A stretch of 62,019 nt of DNA, filler included, from a candidate division TA06 bacterium SM23_40 (GCA_001303705.1; 3 parts of 3 records of this genome joined end to end with filler, not necessarily neighbours in it), one strand, 5' to 3'; numbered from the whole stretch's first letter, positions 50,596 to 61,162 are shown. Translations and numbers: made by a program. The notes: generated by a model from the sequence alone, not told the origin.

Positions 50596-51615
50596 ATGCC
50601 CGAGCTGCGCAAGGATCCGGTGACTGAGGGGTGGGTGATCGTCTCGACCGAACGCCGGAAGAGACCGACAGACTTCCCTTCTTTGCCGGAGGAAGAGGAT
50701 CACGCGGGATGTCCGTTCTGTCCCGGGAATGAAGACAAGACGCCGCCCGAGATCATCGCGTTCGGCAGAGACGGCGGGAAGCCGAACACGCCCGGCTGGA
50801 AGGTGCGGGTCGTGCCGAACAAGTTTCCCGCCCTGGGGATCGAGGGCGAGCTCGATCGCCGCGGGCTGGGTATGTACGACCTTATGAACGGGATCGGCGC
50901 CCACGAAGTGATTATTGAAACCCCCGATCATAACCGCCATCTCAAGGACTCGACTGTCGAAGAGATTCAGCTGGTCTTACGGGCCTACCAGCAGCGGATG
51001 GAAGATCTCCTCAAGGACCCGAGGTTGCGGTACACACTCATCTTCAAGAATCAGGGTGGGCAGGCAGGCGCCTCGCTCCACCATCCCCACTCACAGCTGA
51101 TTGCCACTCCCGTGACGCCGAAGAAGGTGCGGGAGGAGCTCATCGGATCGCAGCGGTACTGGGAGCTGAAGGAGCGCTGTGTCTTCTGTGACATCATCCG
51201 TCAGGAGCAGGACACCGGTGATCGCATCGTCTACGAGAATGAGGCATTCGTTGCGTTCTGCCCGTTTGCTTCTCGCTTCCCGTTCGAGGTGTGGATCCTG
51301 CCGAAGAAGCATTCGCCGGACTTCCACACAATTACAACAGGACATATTCCGTTCCTTGCGGATATGCTTCGAATCGTGTTGGGCAAGCTCGCCTCGGCAC
51401 TCGGCAACCCGCAGTATAACTACATCCTTCACACCGGGCCCGCTCGCTTCGCCCGGCGGGGATACTGGGAGACGATCGAGCAGGATTATCATTGGCACCT
51501 CGAGATCATCCCGCGCCTGACGAAGATCGCCGGGTTCGAATGGGGGACGAGTTTCTACATCAATCCCACCCCTCCTGAAGAGGCCGCATCCTACCTGCGG
51601 GAAAGGGAAGTCTAG
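50596..51615 (+). CDS. galT: GalT-like HIT-superfamily nucleotidyltransferase
   Basis: MPELRKDP, CPFCPGNE, PNKFPAL, GAHEVIIETP, GASLHHPHSQ. Confidence 0.85.
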   Translation: MPELRKDPVTEGWVIVSTERRKRPTDFPSLPEEEDHAGCPFCPGNEDKTPPEIIAFGRDGGKPNTPGWKVRVVPNKFPALGIEGELDRRGLGMYDLMNGIGAHEVIIETPDHNRHLKDSTVEEIQLVLRAYQQRMEDLLKDPRLRYTLIFKNQGGQAGASLHHPHSQLIATPVTPKKVREELIGSQRYWELKERCVFCDIIRQEQDTGDRIVYENEAFVAFCPFASRFPFEVWILPKKHSPDFHTITTGHIPFLADMLRIVLGKLASALGNPQYNYILHTGPARFARRGYWETIEQDYHWHLEIIPRLTKIAGFEWGTSFYINPTPPEEAASYLREREV

Positions 51616-51618
51616 TCG

Positions 51619-53757
51619 ATGCCTCCGCTCTCCATAGCGTTCCTGTGGCACATGCATCAGCCATACTATAAGGACCCCGACACAGGGGATTATGTACTCC
51701 CCTGGGTCAGGTGCCACGCGACCAAGGGATATACCGACATGGCCGCGGTGCTGGCGGAGTTCCCTGATATCCATCAGACGTTCAATCTCGTTCCTTCGCT
51801 TCTCCTCCAGCTCGAGGAGTATGGCGCGGGCGCGCACGACCGCTTCCTCGAGCTCTCGGCCAAGCCTGCGGGGGAGCTGACCAGGGATGAAATCGCGTTT
51901 ATAACGGACAATTTCTTCATGTGCAACTGGGAGACGATGATCGCCCCGAACAAACGCTACAGAGAACTGCACGGCCGGCGCGAGCGGGCAGCTGGAGCCA
52001 ACAGCTTTGGCGAACAGGACGTCCGCGATCTCCAGATATGGTGGAACCTCGTCTGGTTCGGCCATGCGCTGCGCCAGGATCCGGCGATCGCTGCTCTGTT
52101 CGATAAGGGGTGGTTCGACGAGGATGATAAACAGTTAGTGCTCGACCGACAGGCTCAGGCCGTGCGAGATATCGTGCCCCTGTACCGGGACCTCGCCGCC
52201 AAAGGTCAGATCGAGATATCGACCAGTCCCTTCTATCATCCGATTCTACCGCTCTTGTGCGATATCGAGTTGGCGAGGATGGCGCTGCCCAACATGCAGC
52301 TGCCGCGCACGCGGTTCAAGTATCCCGAGGATGCTCGCATGCAACTGAATCGAGCAGTGGAGTACCACACCCGGCTGTTCGGCTCGCCGCCTCGGGGCCT
52401 CTGGCCGCCCGAGGGCTCGGTCAGCCAGGAAGTTGCAGCCCTGGCGGCTGACGCCGGCCTCGTCTGGATGGCAACTGATCAGGATATCCTGTTTCGTTCG
52501 CAGCGCGAGGAGATCGACGGGACCGACCTGTACGCAGCGCATCGACTCGAGACACCGCATGGTCCGATCTCGATCATCTTCCGGGATCGGCAGCTCTCGG
52601 ACCTCATCGGATTCAGCTATGCTCGTAATGAGCCGCGGGCAGCAGCGGACGATCTGGTGGGCCGGCTCCACCAGATCAGCAAGAAGGCTGCCTCGGGCGC
52701 TCAACCGGCGATCGTAGGGATCATCCTCGATGGCGAGAATCCGTGGGAGTACTATTCCGATGGCGGCAGGGACTTCCTTCGTTTTCTCTATGAGGCGATC
52801 TCCCGCGATCCCGAGCTTCGGGCGGTCACGATGAGCGAGTACCTGTCGGAAGACCCGCGGCAGCGCGTTGTGAAGAATCTTTTCGCCGGTTCATGGATAG
52901 CTCACTCGTTCGATACCTGGATCGGGGAGCCTGAAGAGAATGCCGCCTGGGAGGCCCTGGCTGGAGCGCGCCTCAAGCTCGCCGCCAGGATCGACGCCGA
53001 CGGGCTTGCCTCCGACGTACTGGACAGAGCGATGGACGAGATATACATCGCTGAGGCGAGCGACTGGTTCTGGTGGTACGGGAAAGATCATTTCTCGTAC
53101 TCTGAGGCAACCTTCGACATCCTCTTCCGGGCACGCCTGGCAGAGGTCTATCGGTTGATCGGAGTGGATGCCCCACCCCATCTCAAGGTGCCGATCACAA
53201 AAAAAGGAGTGGCCAGGCCGCAACGTGAACCGACCTCCCTGATCCATCCCAAGCTCGAGGGCGTCGATACGAGCTACTATGAGTGGAACCTGGCCGGACT
53301 CTATGTAGTGCCCGCCAGGGAGGGCACGATGCATCGGTCCGGCGGCATCGTGCGGCGCATCTACTACGGCTTCGATCTGATGAACCTCTATCTGCGCATC
53401 GATGCAAACCAGGATCTGGCGCTGCTGCGAGAAGAAGGTATCGGATTCGCCGTGTACGTTCTGGGAAAAGCGGAGATCCGACTTCAGGTCTCGCTCTCCT
53501 CTCCCACAATCCGGCTGCTCGAACTGACACCAGAGGGAGTCCCCGGTACAGAACGGCAGGTCGGCAAGCTCGGCGCCCACGAGATCGTGGAGTTCTACGT
53601 CCACTGGACCGATCTGATGCTCGAGGCGGGTGACGAGGTGAAGGTCATCGTCACCGCAGAGAAAGAATTCCTCGAGCTCGAGCGGTGGCCGCGCAACGGA
53701 TACATCAGGTTTCAGGTTCCCGGACCGGACTTCGAGATAACCCACTGGCGGGCGTGA
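51619..53757 (+). CDS. GH57 amylopullulanase-like hydrolase
   Basis: WHMHQP, YHPILPL, WPPEGSVS, ILDGENPWEYY, AEASDWFWW. Confidence 0.9.
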   Translation: MPPLSIAFLWHMHQPYYKDPDTGDYVLPWVRCHATKGYTDMAAVLAEFPDIHQTFNLVPSLLLQLEEYGAGAHDRFLELSAKPAGELTRDEIAFITDNFFMCNWETMIAPNKRYRELHGRRERAAGANSFGEQDVRDLQIWWNLVWFGHALRQDPAIAALFDKGWFDEDDKQLVLDRQAQAVRDIVPLYRDLAAKGQIEISTSPFYHPILPLLCDIELARMALPNMQLPRTRFKYPEDARMQLNRAVEYHTRLFGSPPRGLWPPEGSVSQEVAALAADAGLVWMATDQDILFRSQREEIDGTDLYAAHRLETPHGPISIIFRDRQLSDLIGFSYARNEPRAAADDLVGRLHQISKKAASGAQPAIVGIILDGENPWEYYSDGGRDFLRFLYEAISRDPELRAVTMSEYLSEDPRQRVVKNLFAGSWIAHSFDTWIGEPEENAAWEALAGARLKLAARIDADGLASDVLDRAMDEIYIAEASDWFWWYGKDHFSYSEATFDILFRARLAEVYRLIGVDAPPHLKVPITKKGVARPQREPTSLIHPKLEGVDTSYYEWNLAGLYVVPAREGTMHRSGGIVRRIYYGFDLMNLYLRIDANQDLALLREEGIGFAVYVLGKAEIRLQVSLSSPTIRLLELTPEGVPGTERQVGKLGAHEIVEFYVHWTDLMLEAGDEVKVIVTAEKEFLELERWPRNGYIRFQVPGPDFEITHWRA

Positions 53758-53794
53758 CTCCCGCCATCCCCCTGTCGGCTCCGAAGGTGGTGCG

Positions 53795-56041
53795 GTGAGA
53801 GAGATCACCTTTCTGTTCGGTGTCCATTGCCACCAACCGGTCGGCAATTTCGAATATGTCTTGCGCGACGCGTGTCGCCAGGCGTACCGCCCCTTTCTCG
53901 AGTGCCTGGAGCGCCATCCCGCTGTGCGCACGAGCCTCCACTACAGCGGGTGTCTTCTCGAGTGGTTCGCGGCCAATGCGCCCGACCTCCTCGACCTGAT
54001 CAGGTCGCTCGTCGAACGGGGGCAGGTAGAACTCATCTCCGGCGGGTTCTACGAACCGATCCTTCCGGTCATTCCGCGCCAGGACGCCATCGAACAGATG
54101 GTGCTCCTCAATCGGTTCCTCACTGACGAATTCGGGGTCACGCCGAGAGGTCTCTGGCTTCCTGAGCGTGTGTGGGAACCCACGATACCGACGTTAGCTC
54201 GCGCCGCTGGCCTGGAATACACGATCGTCGACGACACCCACTTTCTCTATGCTGGATTGGCGCCGGGCGAGATACACGGCCACTACACGACAGAGGATGA
54301 AGGCGCCGTCCTCGTGGTGTTCCCCATCGACCGTCAGCTCCGATATCTCATACCATTTCGCGTTCCCGAGGAGACGATTCGCTATCTCGAGGGCCTGGCG
54401 GGCCGGGAGGATGTGGCGACGATCACGATGGCCGACGACGGAGAGAAGTTCGGCGTCTGGCCTGGCACCGCCGACTGGGTCTATGGCAAGGGCTGGCTGG
54501 AGAAGTTCTTCACACTCCTCGAGGAAAGCGCTGATTGGCTGACAATGATCACCTTCAGCGAAAGCATCGACCGCGAGACTCCGCGCTCGCAGTTGTACCT
54601 GCCGACGGCATCGTATGAGGAGATGATGGGATGGGCGCTGCCGGCTCCGGCTCAGGGGCGGTACGAGCAGCTGCTCGAAGAGCTCACCGCGGAGGGAAGG
54701 GACCAGGCGGACCGCACGTTCATTAGAGGGGGATTCTGGCGCAACTTTCTGAGCAAGTACGCCGAGAGTAATACCATGCACAAGAAGATGCTCCTCGTCA
54801 GCAGGAAGGTCCGGGAGCTGGAGGAGGTCTGCGGGAGGCCGAGGTCGGAGCATCAGAAGCCATCTGCAGGGAGAGGTTCTGGGAGGCCGCGGGAGGAACT
54901 CTGCCGTGCGCTCTTCGAGGCGAAACGGCATCTCTTGCGTGGGCAGTGCAACTGTGCCTACTGGCACGGTGTATTCGGTGGGCTCTATCTCAACCATCTG
55001 AGATCAGCCATCTTCACCGAGCTCATCCGGTCAGAGCATCTGGCGGACAGGGCCCTCCGCGGGAAGGGGCCCTGGGTGGAGGTCCGGGAGGTCGATTTCG
55101 ACGCCGACGGGCAGGAGGAGCTGCTCGTCGAGACCGGGCTCCTGAATCTGTACCTCGATCCGGCCGACGGCGGGACGATCTTCGAGTTCGACTATCGTCC
55201 GGCTCGGTTCAACCTGTACGACACGCTGACACGGCGCCCCGAGGCGTACCACGCCAGGGTGCGGGGAGGCGGGGGCAGTCCAGAGGGGGGAGAGGCCGGT
55301 GATGGCGGGGAAGAAGGCGAGAGTGGGGAGGGACGGCGCAGCATCCATGAGGAGATCGCCCTCAAGGAGCAGGGATTGGCCGAGCGCCTGATCTATGACC
55401 GGTGGCGGCGTACCTCGCTCAGGAACATGTTCCTCCCGGCGTCGACGACGTTCGAGGAGTACGCAGCCGGGGAATTCGCTGAGATCGGCGACTTCGCCGG
55501 CGGAGCGTATCACGCTGCGGTCGATCGCGAGGAGGAGGGGATCCGAGTCATCTTGCGTCGTTCCGCAAACGCTGCGGTAGGCGGCGATGCGGCGGCGCTC
55601 TCCGTGGAGAAGGTGATCACGGTTCATCCCTCCCGGGCGGCCCTGGCAGTCGACTTCTCTGTCGGGCAGAGGGGGGTGGCGTCGGCGATGCGGTTCGGAG
55701 TCGAATTCAATCTGACGCTTCTTGCCGGAGACGCAGGTGACCGGTACTACCTCTTTCCCGCACACGACGTTACGGATCGGACGCTCGCCGGCTCCGGTTC
55801 GCTGGAGGAGGTCGGGCAGTTCTCGGTCGTCGATGAATATCAGGGTTTCTGTCTTTCATTCGGGATCGACCCGCCGGCCTCGGTCTGGCGGTTCCCCATA
55901 GAGACAGTCTCGTTATCCGAGACCGGCATCGAGCGCACATATCAGGGGTCGGCCCTCTTTCTCAGCTGGGTGGTCGCCAACGGCGGCGGGGAGATCTGGA
56001 GGGCGCGACTCACACAGGGGATCGCACCGTGGCCAAGCTAG
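53795..56041 (+). CDS. GH57 4-alpha-glucanotransferase/alpha-amylase
   Basis: HCHQPVGNF, GGFYEPIL, WLPERVWEP, DDGEKFGVWP, YLPTASYEEM, YWHGVFGGLY. Confidence 0.92.
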   Translation: MREITFLFGVHCHQPVGNFEYVLRDACRQAYRPFLECLERHPAVRTSLHYSGCLLEWFAANAPDLLDLIRSLVERGQVELISGGFYEPILPVIPRQDAIEQMVLLNRFLTDEFGVTPRGLWLPERVWEPTIPTLARAAGLEYTIVDDTHFLYAGLAPGEIHGHYTTEDEGAVLVVFPIDRQLRYLIPFRVPEETIRYLEGLAGREDVATITMADDGEKFGVWPGTADWVYGKGWLEKFFTLLEESADWLTMITFSESIDRETPRSQLYLPTASYEEMMGWALPAPAQGRYEQLLEELTAEGRDQADRTFIRGGFWRNFLSKYAESNTMHKKMLLVSRKVRELEEVCGRPRSEHQKPSAGRGSGRPREELCRALFEAKRHLLRGQCNCAYWHGVFGGLYLNHLRSAIFTELIRSEHLADRALRGKGPWVEVREVDFDADGQEELLVETGLLNLYLDPADGGTIFEFDYRPARFNLYDTLTRRPEAYHARVRGGGGSPEGGEAGDGGEEGESGEGRRSIHEEIALKEQGLAERLIYDRWRRTSLRNMFLPASTTFEEYAAGEFAEIGDFAGGAYHAAVDREEEGIRVILRRSANAAVGGDAAALSVEKVITVHPSRAALAVDFSVGQRGVASAMRFGVEFNLTLLAGDAGDRYYLFPAHDVTDRTLAGSGSLEEVGQFSVVDEYQGFCLSFGIDPPASVWRFPIETVSLSETGIERTYQGSALFLSWVVANGGGEIWRARLTQGIAPWPS

Positions 56042-57756
56042 GGAGTTTCACTCTGGTGCTCCATGCGCACCTCCCATATGTGTTGTCCCACGGACGCTGG
56101 CCGCATGGTGTCGACTGGCTGAATGAGGCGGCCGCAGAGTGCTATATGCCGCTGCTCGATATGTTCAATAGTCTTGTCGAGGAAGGGATCAGTCCGCGGG
56201 TGACGGTGGGATTGACGCCGGTTCTTGTCGAACAACTGGCCGATCCGCTCTTCGACCAGGAGTTCGAGAGCTATCTGGGACAGAAGATAGCGGCGGCCGA
56301 GGAGGATGAGCGTGAGTTCTCCCGCATCGGGGAATCTGACTTCTCGGCACTTGCCTCCATGTGGCGCGATCATTACCGGGGGATCTGGGAGCGTCGCCGG
56401 GGGAGGTACGCCCAGGGGCTCGTCGAAGGGTTCCGACGATTACAAGATGAGGGCCATCTGGAGATCATCACCTCGGCTGCAACGCACGGGTACCTGCCGC
56501 TTCTCGCCGAGGAGACCTCGGTCTATGCCCAGGTGCGCGTGGGAATCGAGAGCTACCAACGTCGGTTTGGCCGCCGCGCCCGGGGGATGTGGCTTCCGGA
56601 GTGTGCGTACCGGCCCGGCTACCGGTGGACGTCGCCGATCGATCCCGGAGCGGAGCCCGTAGACAGGCGCGGGCTTGAGGAGTTCGTGCGGGCCGGAGGG
56701 ATCGATTACTTCATCATCGACAGCCATCTGCTCAAAGGCGGGCAGGCAATTGGCGTGTACCTCGATCGGTTTGATGCATTGCGAACCCTGTGGGAGCGGT
56801 ACGAGGAGGCGCACCCGCCGCGGCCCGAGGCGGAAGAGAATTCGCCGTACGAGATCTACCTCGTCGGCACCGCTCCGGACAAGGAGCCGGTCGCCATTCT
56901 GACCCGTGATCCGAGCACCGCACTTCAGGTCTGGAGCTCCGAGCACGGATATCCTGGCGACGAGTGGTATCTCGACTTCCATAAGAGACGTTTTCCCGGC
57001 GGCCATCGGTACTGGCGCGTCTCCGCGAGCGGGCCCGATCTCGCCCTCAAACAGACGTACCGGCCGGGACGCGTTGAGAAGCGGCTTCGCGAGAACGCAG
57101 ACCATTTCGTCGGCCTCATCAAACGGACGCTCGCCCATCACTTCGAGAAGTCCGGCAGGCCGGGTTCGATCTGCGCGCCCTTCGATGCAGAGCTCTTCGG
57201 CCACTGGTGGTTCGAAGGGCCTCGGTGGCTGGGATACGTAATTCGCCTCATTGCACAAGATCCGGATCTCGAGCTGCGCACCGGGGCTGAACAGGTAGAC
57301 GCGGCAAGGCCGAGCGTCGTCGTCTCTCTTCCCGAGGGATCGTGGGGAGAGGGCGGGTTTCACTGGATCTGGCTGAACGAGCGGACGCGGTGGACGTGGT
57401 CCCATATCTATGAGGCCGAGCATCGCATGCGTGCCCTCGTTGCCCGGTACGGTTCGAAGACGGATCGAAATGTCCGGCGTCTCCTTGTTCAACTGGCGCG
57501 GGAACTATTGCTACTCGAGAGTTCGGACTGGCAGTTTCTCATCAGTACCTGGAGCGCACGGGACTACGCGGAGCTGCGCCTCGACGGCCATTACCGTGAC
57601 TTCCGGCGGCTCGCCGAGCTGGTTGAGAAGTGCGGCGAGGGCGGAGAGCTGTCTCCCGAGGAGTGGGCGTTCATGGCCATCTGTGAAGAACGCGATGGAA
57701 TCTTCTCCGGCATCGATCCTGAGTGGTGGGGGATAGACGTGCCCGGTATCTTCTAG
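56029..57756 (+). CDS. GH57 1,4-alpha-glucan branching enzyme
   Basis: LHAHLPY, ATHGYLPL, WLPECAY, PFDAELFGHWWFEGP, RELLLLESSDWQF. Confidence 0.93.
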   Translation: MAKLGSFTLVLHAHLPYVLSHGRWPHGVDWLNEAAAECYMPLLDMFNSLVEEGISPRVTVGLTPVLVEQLADPLFDQEFESYLGQKIAAAEEDEREFSRIGESDFSALASMWRDHYRGIWERRRGRYAQGLVEGFRRLQDEGHLEIITSAATHGYLPLLAEETSVYAQVRVGIESYQRRFGRRARGMWLPECAYRPGYRWTSPIDPGAEPVDRRGLEEFVRAGGIDYFIIDSHLLKGGQAIGVYLDRFDALRTLWERYEEAHPPRPEAEENSPYEIYLVGTAPDKEPVAILTRDPSTALQVWSSEHGYPGDEWYLDFHKRRFPGGHRYWRVSASGPDLALKQTYRPGRVEKRLRENADHFVGLIKRTLAHHFEKSGRPGSICAPFDAELFGHWWFEGPRWLGYVIRLIAQDPDLELRTGAEQVDAARPSVVVSLPEGSWGEGGFHWIWLNERTRWTWSHIYEAEHRMRALVARYGSKTDRNVRRLLVQLARELLLLESSDWQFLISTWSARDYAELRLDGHYRDFRRLAELVEKCGEGGELSPEEWAFMAICEERDGIFSGIDPEWWGIDVPGIF

Positions 57757-57861
57757 CGGTTCGCGAGGAGGCATGCGACTGATGATGCTGGTCCGTCCTC
57801 GGATTGCTTCAGCCAGACTCTTGAGGATTGCAGCAATCGCCTGAACAGAGGAGGGGATCTC

Positions 57862-59136
57862 ATGTCGGGGGAATTCGGATATGCTCCTCCGCCCGGGGGC
57901 ATCAGGTGGGCGTGGAGGGTGGAGCGCGGCACCCTCACGTTCATCCTGGCAGGTGGGAGAGGGGAACGCCTCTATCCGCTGACGCGTGACCGGGCGAAGC
58001 CGGCGGTTCCCTTCGGCGGCATCTATCGCATCATCGACTTCACGCTGAGCAACTGCGTTAACTCGAACCTGCGACGGGTAAACGTACTCACGCAGTACAA
58101 GGCCGTCTCACTCAGCAGACACGTACGGTACGGGTGGAACATCTTCAGCGGGCAGCTGGGGGAGTTCATCAACCTGATTCCCGCTCAGCAGCGCACGGGC
58201 ACGAACTGGTATCTGGGGACCGCTGATGCGATCTATCAGAACATCTATACGATCGATCGCGAGGGCGCTGATCGCGTTCTCATTCTCGCCGGCGATCATG
58301 TCTACAAGATGGACTACTCGGAGATGATAGCTGCCCACGAAGAGAGGGATGCAGACCTCACGGTGGGAGCGGTTGAGGTTCCCATTGAGCAGAGGTCGGA
58401 TCTCGGCGTGCTCTCGATCGATGCCGAGGGGCGGATGACGGGGTTCTACGAGAAGACCGAGGCTGCACCCTCGATTCCGGGGAAGCCGGATGTCGCACTG
58501 GGCTCGATGGGTATCTACGTCTTCCGCACGGAGACGCTCAAGCGCCGGGTGACGGAAGATGCCGAGACGGAGACGAGCCACGACTTCGGCAAGGACGTCA
58601 TACCGCGAATGGTCGCTGAGGGCGACCGTGTCTACATATTCAACTTTGTCGACAAGAGCACAGGGAAGCCGCGCTACTGGCGGGACATCGGCACGCTCGA
58701 CGCCTATTTCGAGGCGAATATGGATCTGGTCTCGGTCGAGCCCACCTTCAACTTGTACGATTTCGACTGGCCCATCAGAACGTATCAACAGGAGTTTCCT
58801 CCGGCAAAGACCGTCTTCTGCGAAGAGTGGGGGCGGCGGGGTGAGGCCGTCGATTCGCTCGTCTCCGGAGGCTGCATCATCAGCGGGGGTCTTGTCGAAC
58901 GGTCGATCCTCTCGCCCCGCGTGAGGGTGGAGAGCCATGCGCATGTCTGCGATTCGATCATCTTCGATGGCGTGAACGTGGGGCAGGGAGCGAAGGTTCG
59001 CGGGGCGATCGTAGACAAAGGAACCGAGATCAAACCTGGTGCAGAGGTTGGCTACGATCTCGAGCGCGATCGCAGCCGATTCACCGTCACCCCTCTGGGG
59101 GTCATCGTCATAGCCAAGGAGAGCGTCGTCGATTGA
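57862..59136 (+). CDS. glgC: ADP-glucose pyrophosphorylase
   Basis: LAGGRGERLYPLTRDRAKPAVPFGG, GTADA, GDH, FYEK, DFGKD, YWRDIGT. Confidence 0.96.
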   Translation: MSGEFGYAPPPGGIRWAWRVERGTLTFILAGGRGERLYPLTRDRAKPAVPFGGIYRIIDFTLSNCVNSNLRRVNVLTQYKAVSLSRHVRYGWNIFSGQLGEFINLIPAQQRTGTNWYLGTADAIYQNIYTIDREGADRVLILAGDHVYKMDYSEMIAAHEERDADLTVGAVEVPIEQRSDLGVLSIDAEGRMTGFYEKTEAAPSIPGKPDVALGSMGIYVFRTETLKRRVTEDAETETSHDFGKDVIPRMVAEGDRVYIFNFVDKSTGKPRYWRDIGTLDAYFEANMDLVSVEPTFNLYDFDWPIRTYQQEFPPAKTVFCEEWGRRGEAVDSLVSGGCIISGGLVERSILSPRVRVESHAHVCDSIIFDGVNVGQGAKVRGAIVDKGTEIKPGAEVGYDLERDRSRFTVTPLGVIVIAKESVVD

Positions 59137-59215
59137 GATAGTGTTCGATCGACACACGGCGCCCCACTCATCAGGAGGTTCCAGGTCGGGCGCCGGACAG
59201 GGGAAACATGAGGAA

Positions 59216-59250
59216 ACGAGAGCGGGACGATTAGTCCCGCTCTCGTGTTT
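59216..59250. terminator. Hairpin between convergent genes
   Basis: ACGAGAGCGGGAC-GATTA-GTCCCGCTCTCGT-GTTT. Confidence 0.65.
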
Positions 59251-59284
59251 AACTGAGGATTACGAGTGGGATCATACTCTGCAC

Positions 59285-60664
59285 TCACTCGATGACGACG
59301 AAGCCGAAGCTATCCTGGTCGAGGATGTCGCTGCCGTAGTCCCCCACACGTCCTATGTAGACGTACGGGCCGAGGGGCGCATTGTAAGGAACGGTGCGCC
59401 GGAGCTCCTTCACCCGCTCCTGATATGGTCCGAGAGGAACGGTCTGTGGCCCGGCCACCGGATTCCCCGGATACGGATTGTGATTCGGCAGCACGGCCTC
59501 GGTCCACCCGTCGACTGTCTGCGGGAGCCACGTGTTATTGCGCACGATGGCTGTTAGAACCAGCTCATCTCCACGAGCCACGACGTGATAGGGCGGCGGC
59601 TCGAGCTCGATAGTCACATCGGGCATCGCCATGAGCCGCGCCGCATTCGTGTGGATGTCACCCTCAGCAGACGCCTTCGCATAGACGGGGCAGACCGCGT
59701 GCGGAGCTGTCCCATCGGGGATGTACACCTCAGTGGCGATGTTGAGAATCTCACCCGGGTTCAGCCACGCGTTGAAGGACTGCTGGGTGATCGGCCAGCC
59801 TTGCTCGTTCCAGACGAACACATCGTAGAACGAGTAGGCGATACCGATGTTGAGTATCTCGAACTCGACCGGGACCCATTCGCCCGGCAGTCCTTCCGGA
59901 TGGTCTCTGACGAAGACTCCGACAGCGCCGAGAAGAGGGCCGATGGATTCATAGATCAGGCCCTCCCCGGGGAAGATGGGGATGATGGTGAACGTGTCCG
60001 GAGGGATCATCGAACGACTCATCATCGGCATGGCGCTCTCAGGATGGTTGAGGAACCGGGCGATCCCCGGTGCGGAGTCGTAGTCCGCGACGAACCAGCT
60101 CGTCAGTCCCGGCGGCTCCTCCCATTCGCCGCAGGCCTGTGCTACGGGGGTATTGAAACCGACCTGTTCTGCAAGACACCACTCAGGGGTCCCGGAACAC
60201 GACTCGCCGCCGAACATCTCGAGCATGCCATCATTGAGGTCGTACAGCGTTCCTCCCTCCTGTCGGTCGCCGTCTCCAGGCCACCCGCTATTGCGAGGGG
60301 GGATGTGGACTCGTGACCGACCACCAGGCCTCGTCGAGACCTCTATGATTTTGCACCCGTTCCCCGCAGGCGGAGGTATGCAGCCCGGCCACCCGCAGGC
60401 GCACCTCAGTTCAATCACCCCGCTATCGTTGTTAGCCTTCACCCAGAGACAGGTCTGGAGGTCGAAGATATCGCCTTCAGGCCAGCCGTGCCAGTGAGTG
60501 CCCCCGTCGGTTGAATACATGAGATCGTCATTATCTCCCGTAATCACCTTGCCGACCGCGCGGACATCATCGGCCAGCGCACTGCGCGCCGATACCGTCA
60601 CGAGCAGGAGAGTCAGACCGGCCACTATTGACAGGCATCTGCACGTCAATCCTTCGCTCCTCAT
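59285..60664 (-). CDS. Secreted protein: Cys-rich FecR-like domain, Ig-like domain, shared C-terminal domain
   Basis: Signal peptide ending ALA; LYDLNDGML, FNTPVA, WFVADYD, IFPGEG pattern; PDVTIEL...LPNHNPYPGNPVAGP...DSFGFVVIE. Confidence 0.7.
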   Translation of the reverse strand: MRSEGLTCRCLSIVAGLTLLLVTVSARSALADDVRAVGKVITGDNDDLMYSTDGGTHWHGWPEGDIFDLQTCLWVKANNDSGVIELRCACGWPGCIPPPAGNGCKIIEVSTRPGGRSRVHIPPRNSGWPGDGDRQEGGTLYDLNDGMLEMFGGESCSGTPEWCLAEQVGFNTPVAQACGEWEEPPGLTSWFVADYDSAPGIARFLNHPESAMPMMSRSMIPPDTFTIIPIFPGEGLIYESIGPLLGAVGVFVRDHPEGLPGEWVPVEFEILNIGIAYSFYDVFVWNEQGWPITQQSFNAWLNPGEILNIATEVYIPDGTAPHAVCPVYAKASAEGDIHTNAARLMAMPDVTIELEPPPYHVVARGDELVLTAIVRNNTWLPQTVDGWTEAVLPNHNPYPGNPVAGPQTVPLGPYQERVKELRRTVPYNAPLGPYVYIGRVGDYGSDILDQDSFGFVVIE

Positions 60665-60900
60665 CGTTCCCTCCCTGCGTTGTAGTTCTTCCCGAGATGA
60701 GATTGTACATGGTCTGCTCGAGCGTGGTCGGTGTGGTGCAGCGATTCGGGTCAGTCAGTCGGCGCATCCGCACACGCGTCTCAGCTTCCCGACATGAAGA
60801 GCAGTCCCAGGTACCGTGACCTTCAAATAGAAAGAGGACCGCCGGGGTCCACACAATGCGCACTAGCCCTTCGACTCCGCCCTCCTTATCCACCGTTTTG

Positions 60901-60930
60901 ATGATATCACAGATGACGCCACATTGTCAA
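60901..60930 (-). promoter_or_regulatory. Putative sigma70 promoter
   Basis: Minus strand TTGACA-N18-TATCAT with extended -10 TG. Confidence 0.55.
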
Positions 60931-61031
60931 GGAGACTCTTGCCGCGGCTTCACACAGTGCTACGCACCTGGAAACTCTCTTTCCAGGGCCGGGGTCACGT
61001 CCGGGGTCACGTGGCGATATGCCCAGACACG

Positions 61032-61062
61032 GAGAGAGCGGGATTCGTCATCCCGCTCTCTC
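61032..61062. terminator. Perfect 13-bp-stem hairpin homologous to the one at 59216
   Basis: GAGAGAGCGGGAT-TCGTC-ATCCCGCTCTCTC. Confidence 0.55.
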
Positions 61063-61162
61063 TTCCAATCGGCAACGTAAGCTTGATCGGTCTTGCCGCC
61101 TTCAGTGCTCCAGGTGGTTCGTCACGAGTGAGCCGTTGTCGTAATCTCATCTCGCCGGCGCA

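Noticed and set aside
57773-57844. Small ORF MRLMMLVRPRIASARLLRIAAIA after GAGGAGG, upstream of glgC
   Set aside because: The SD is only 1 nt from the first ATG and there is no other support; it cannot be separated from chance.
60989-61012. Perfect 12-bp tandem duplication CCGGGGTCACGT x2
   Set aside because: Only two copies and no associated element; consistent with simple slippage.
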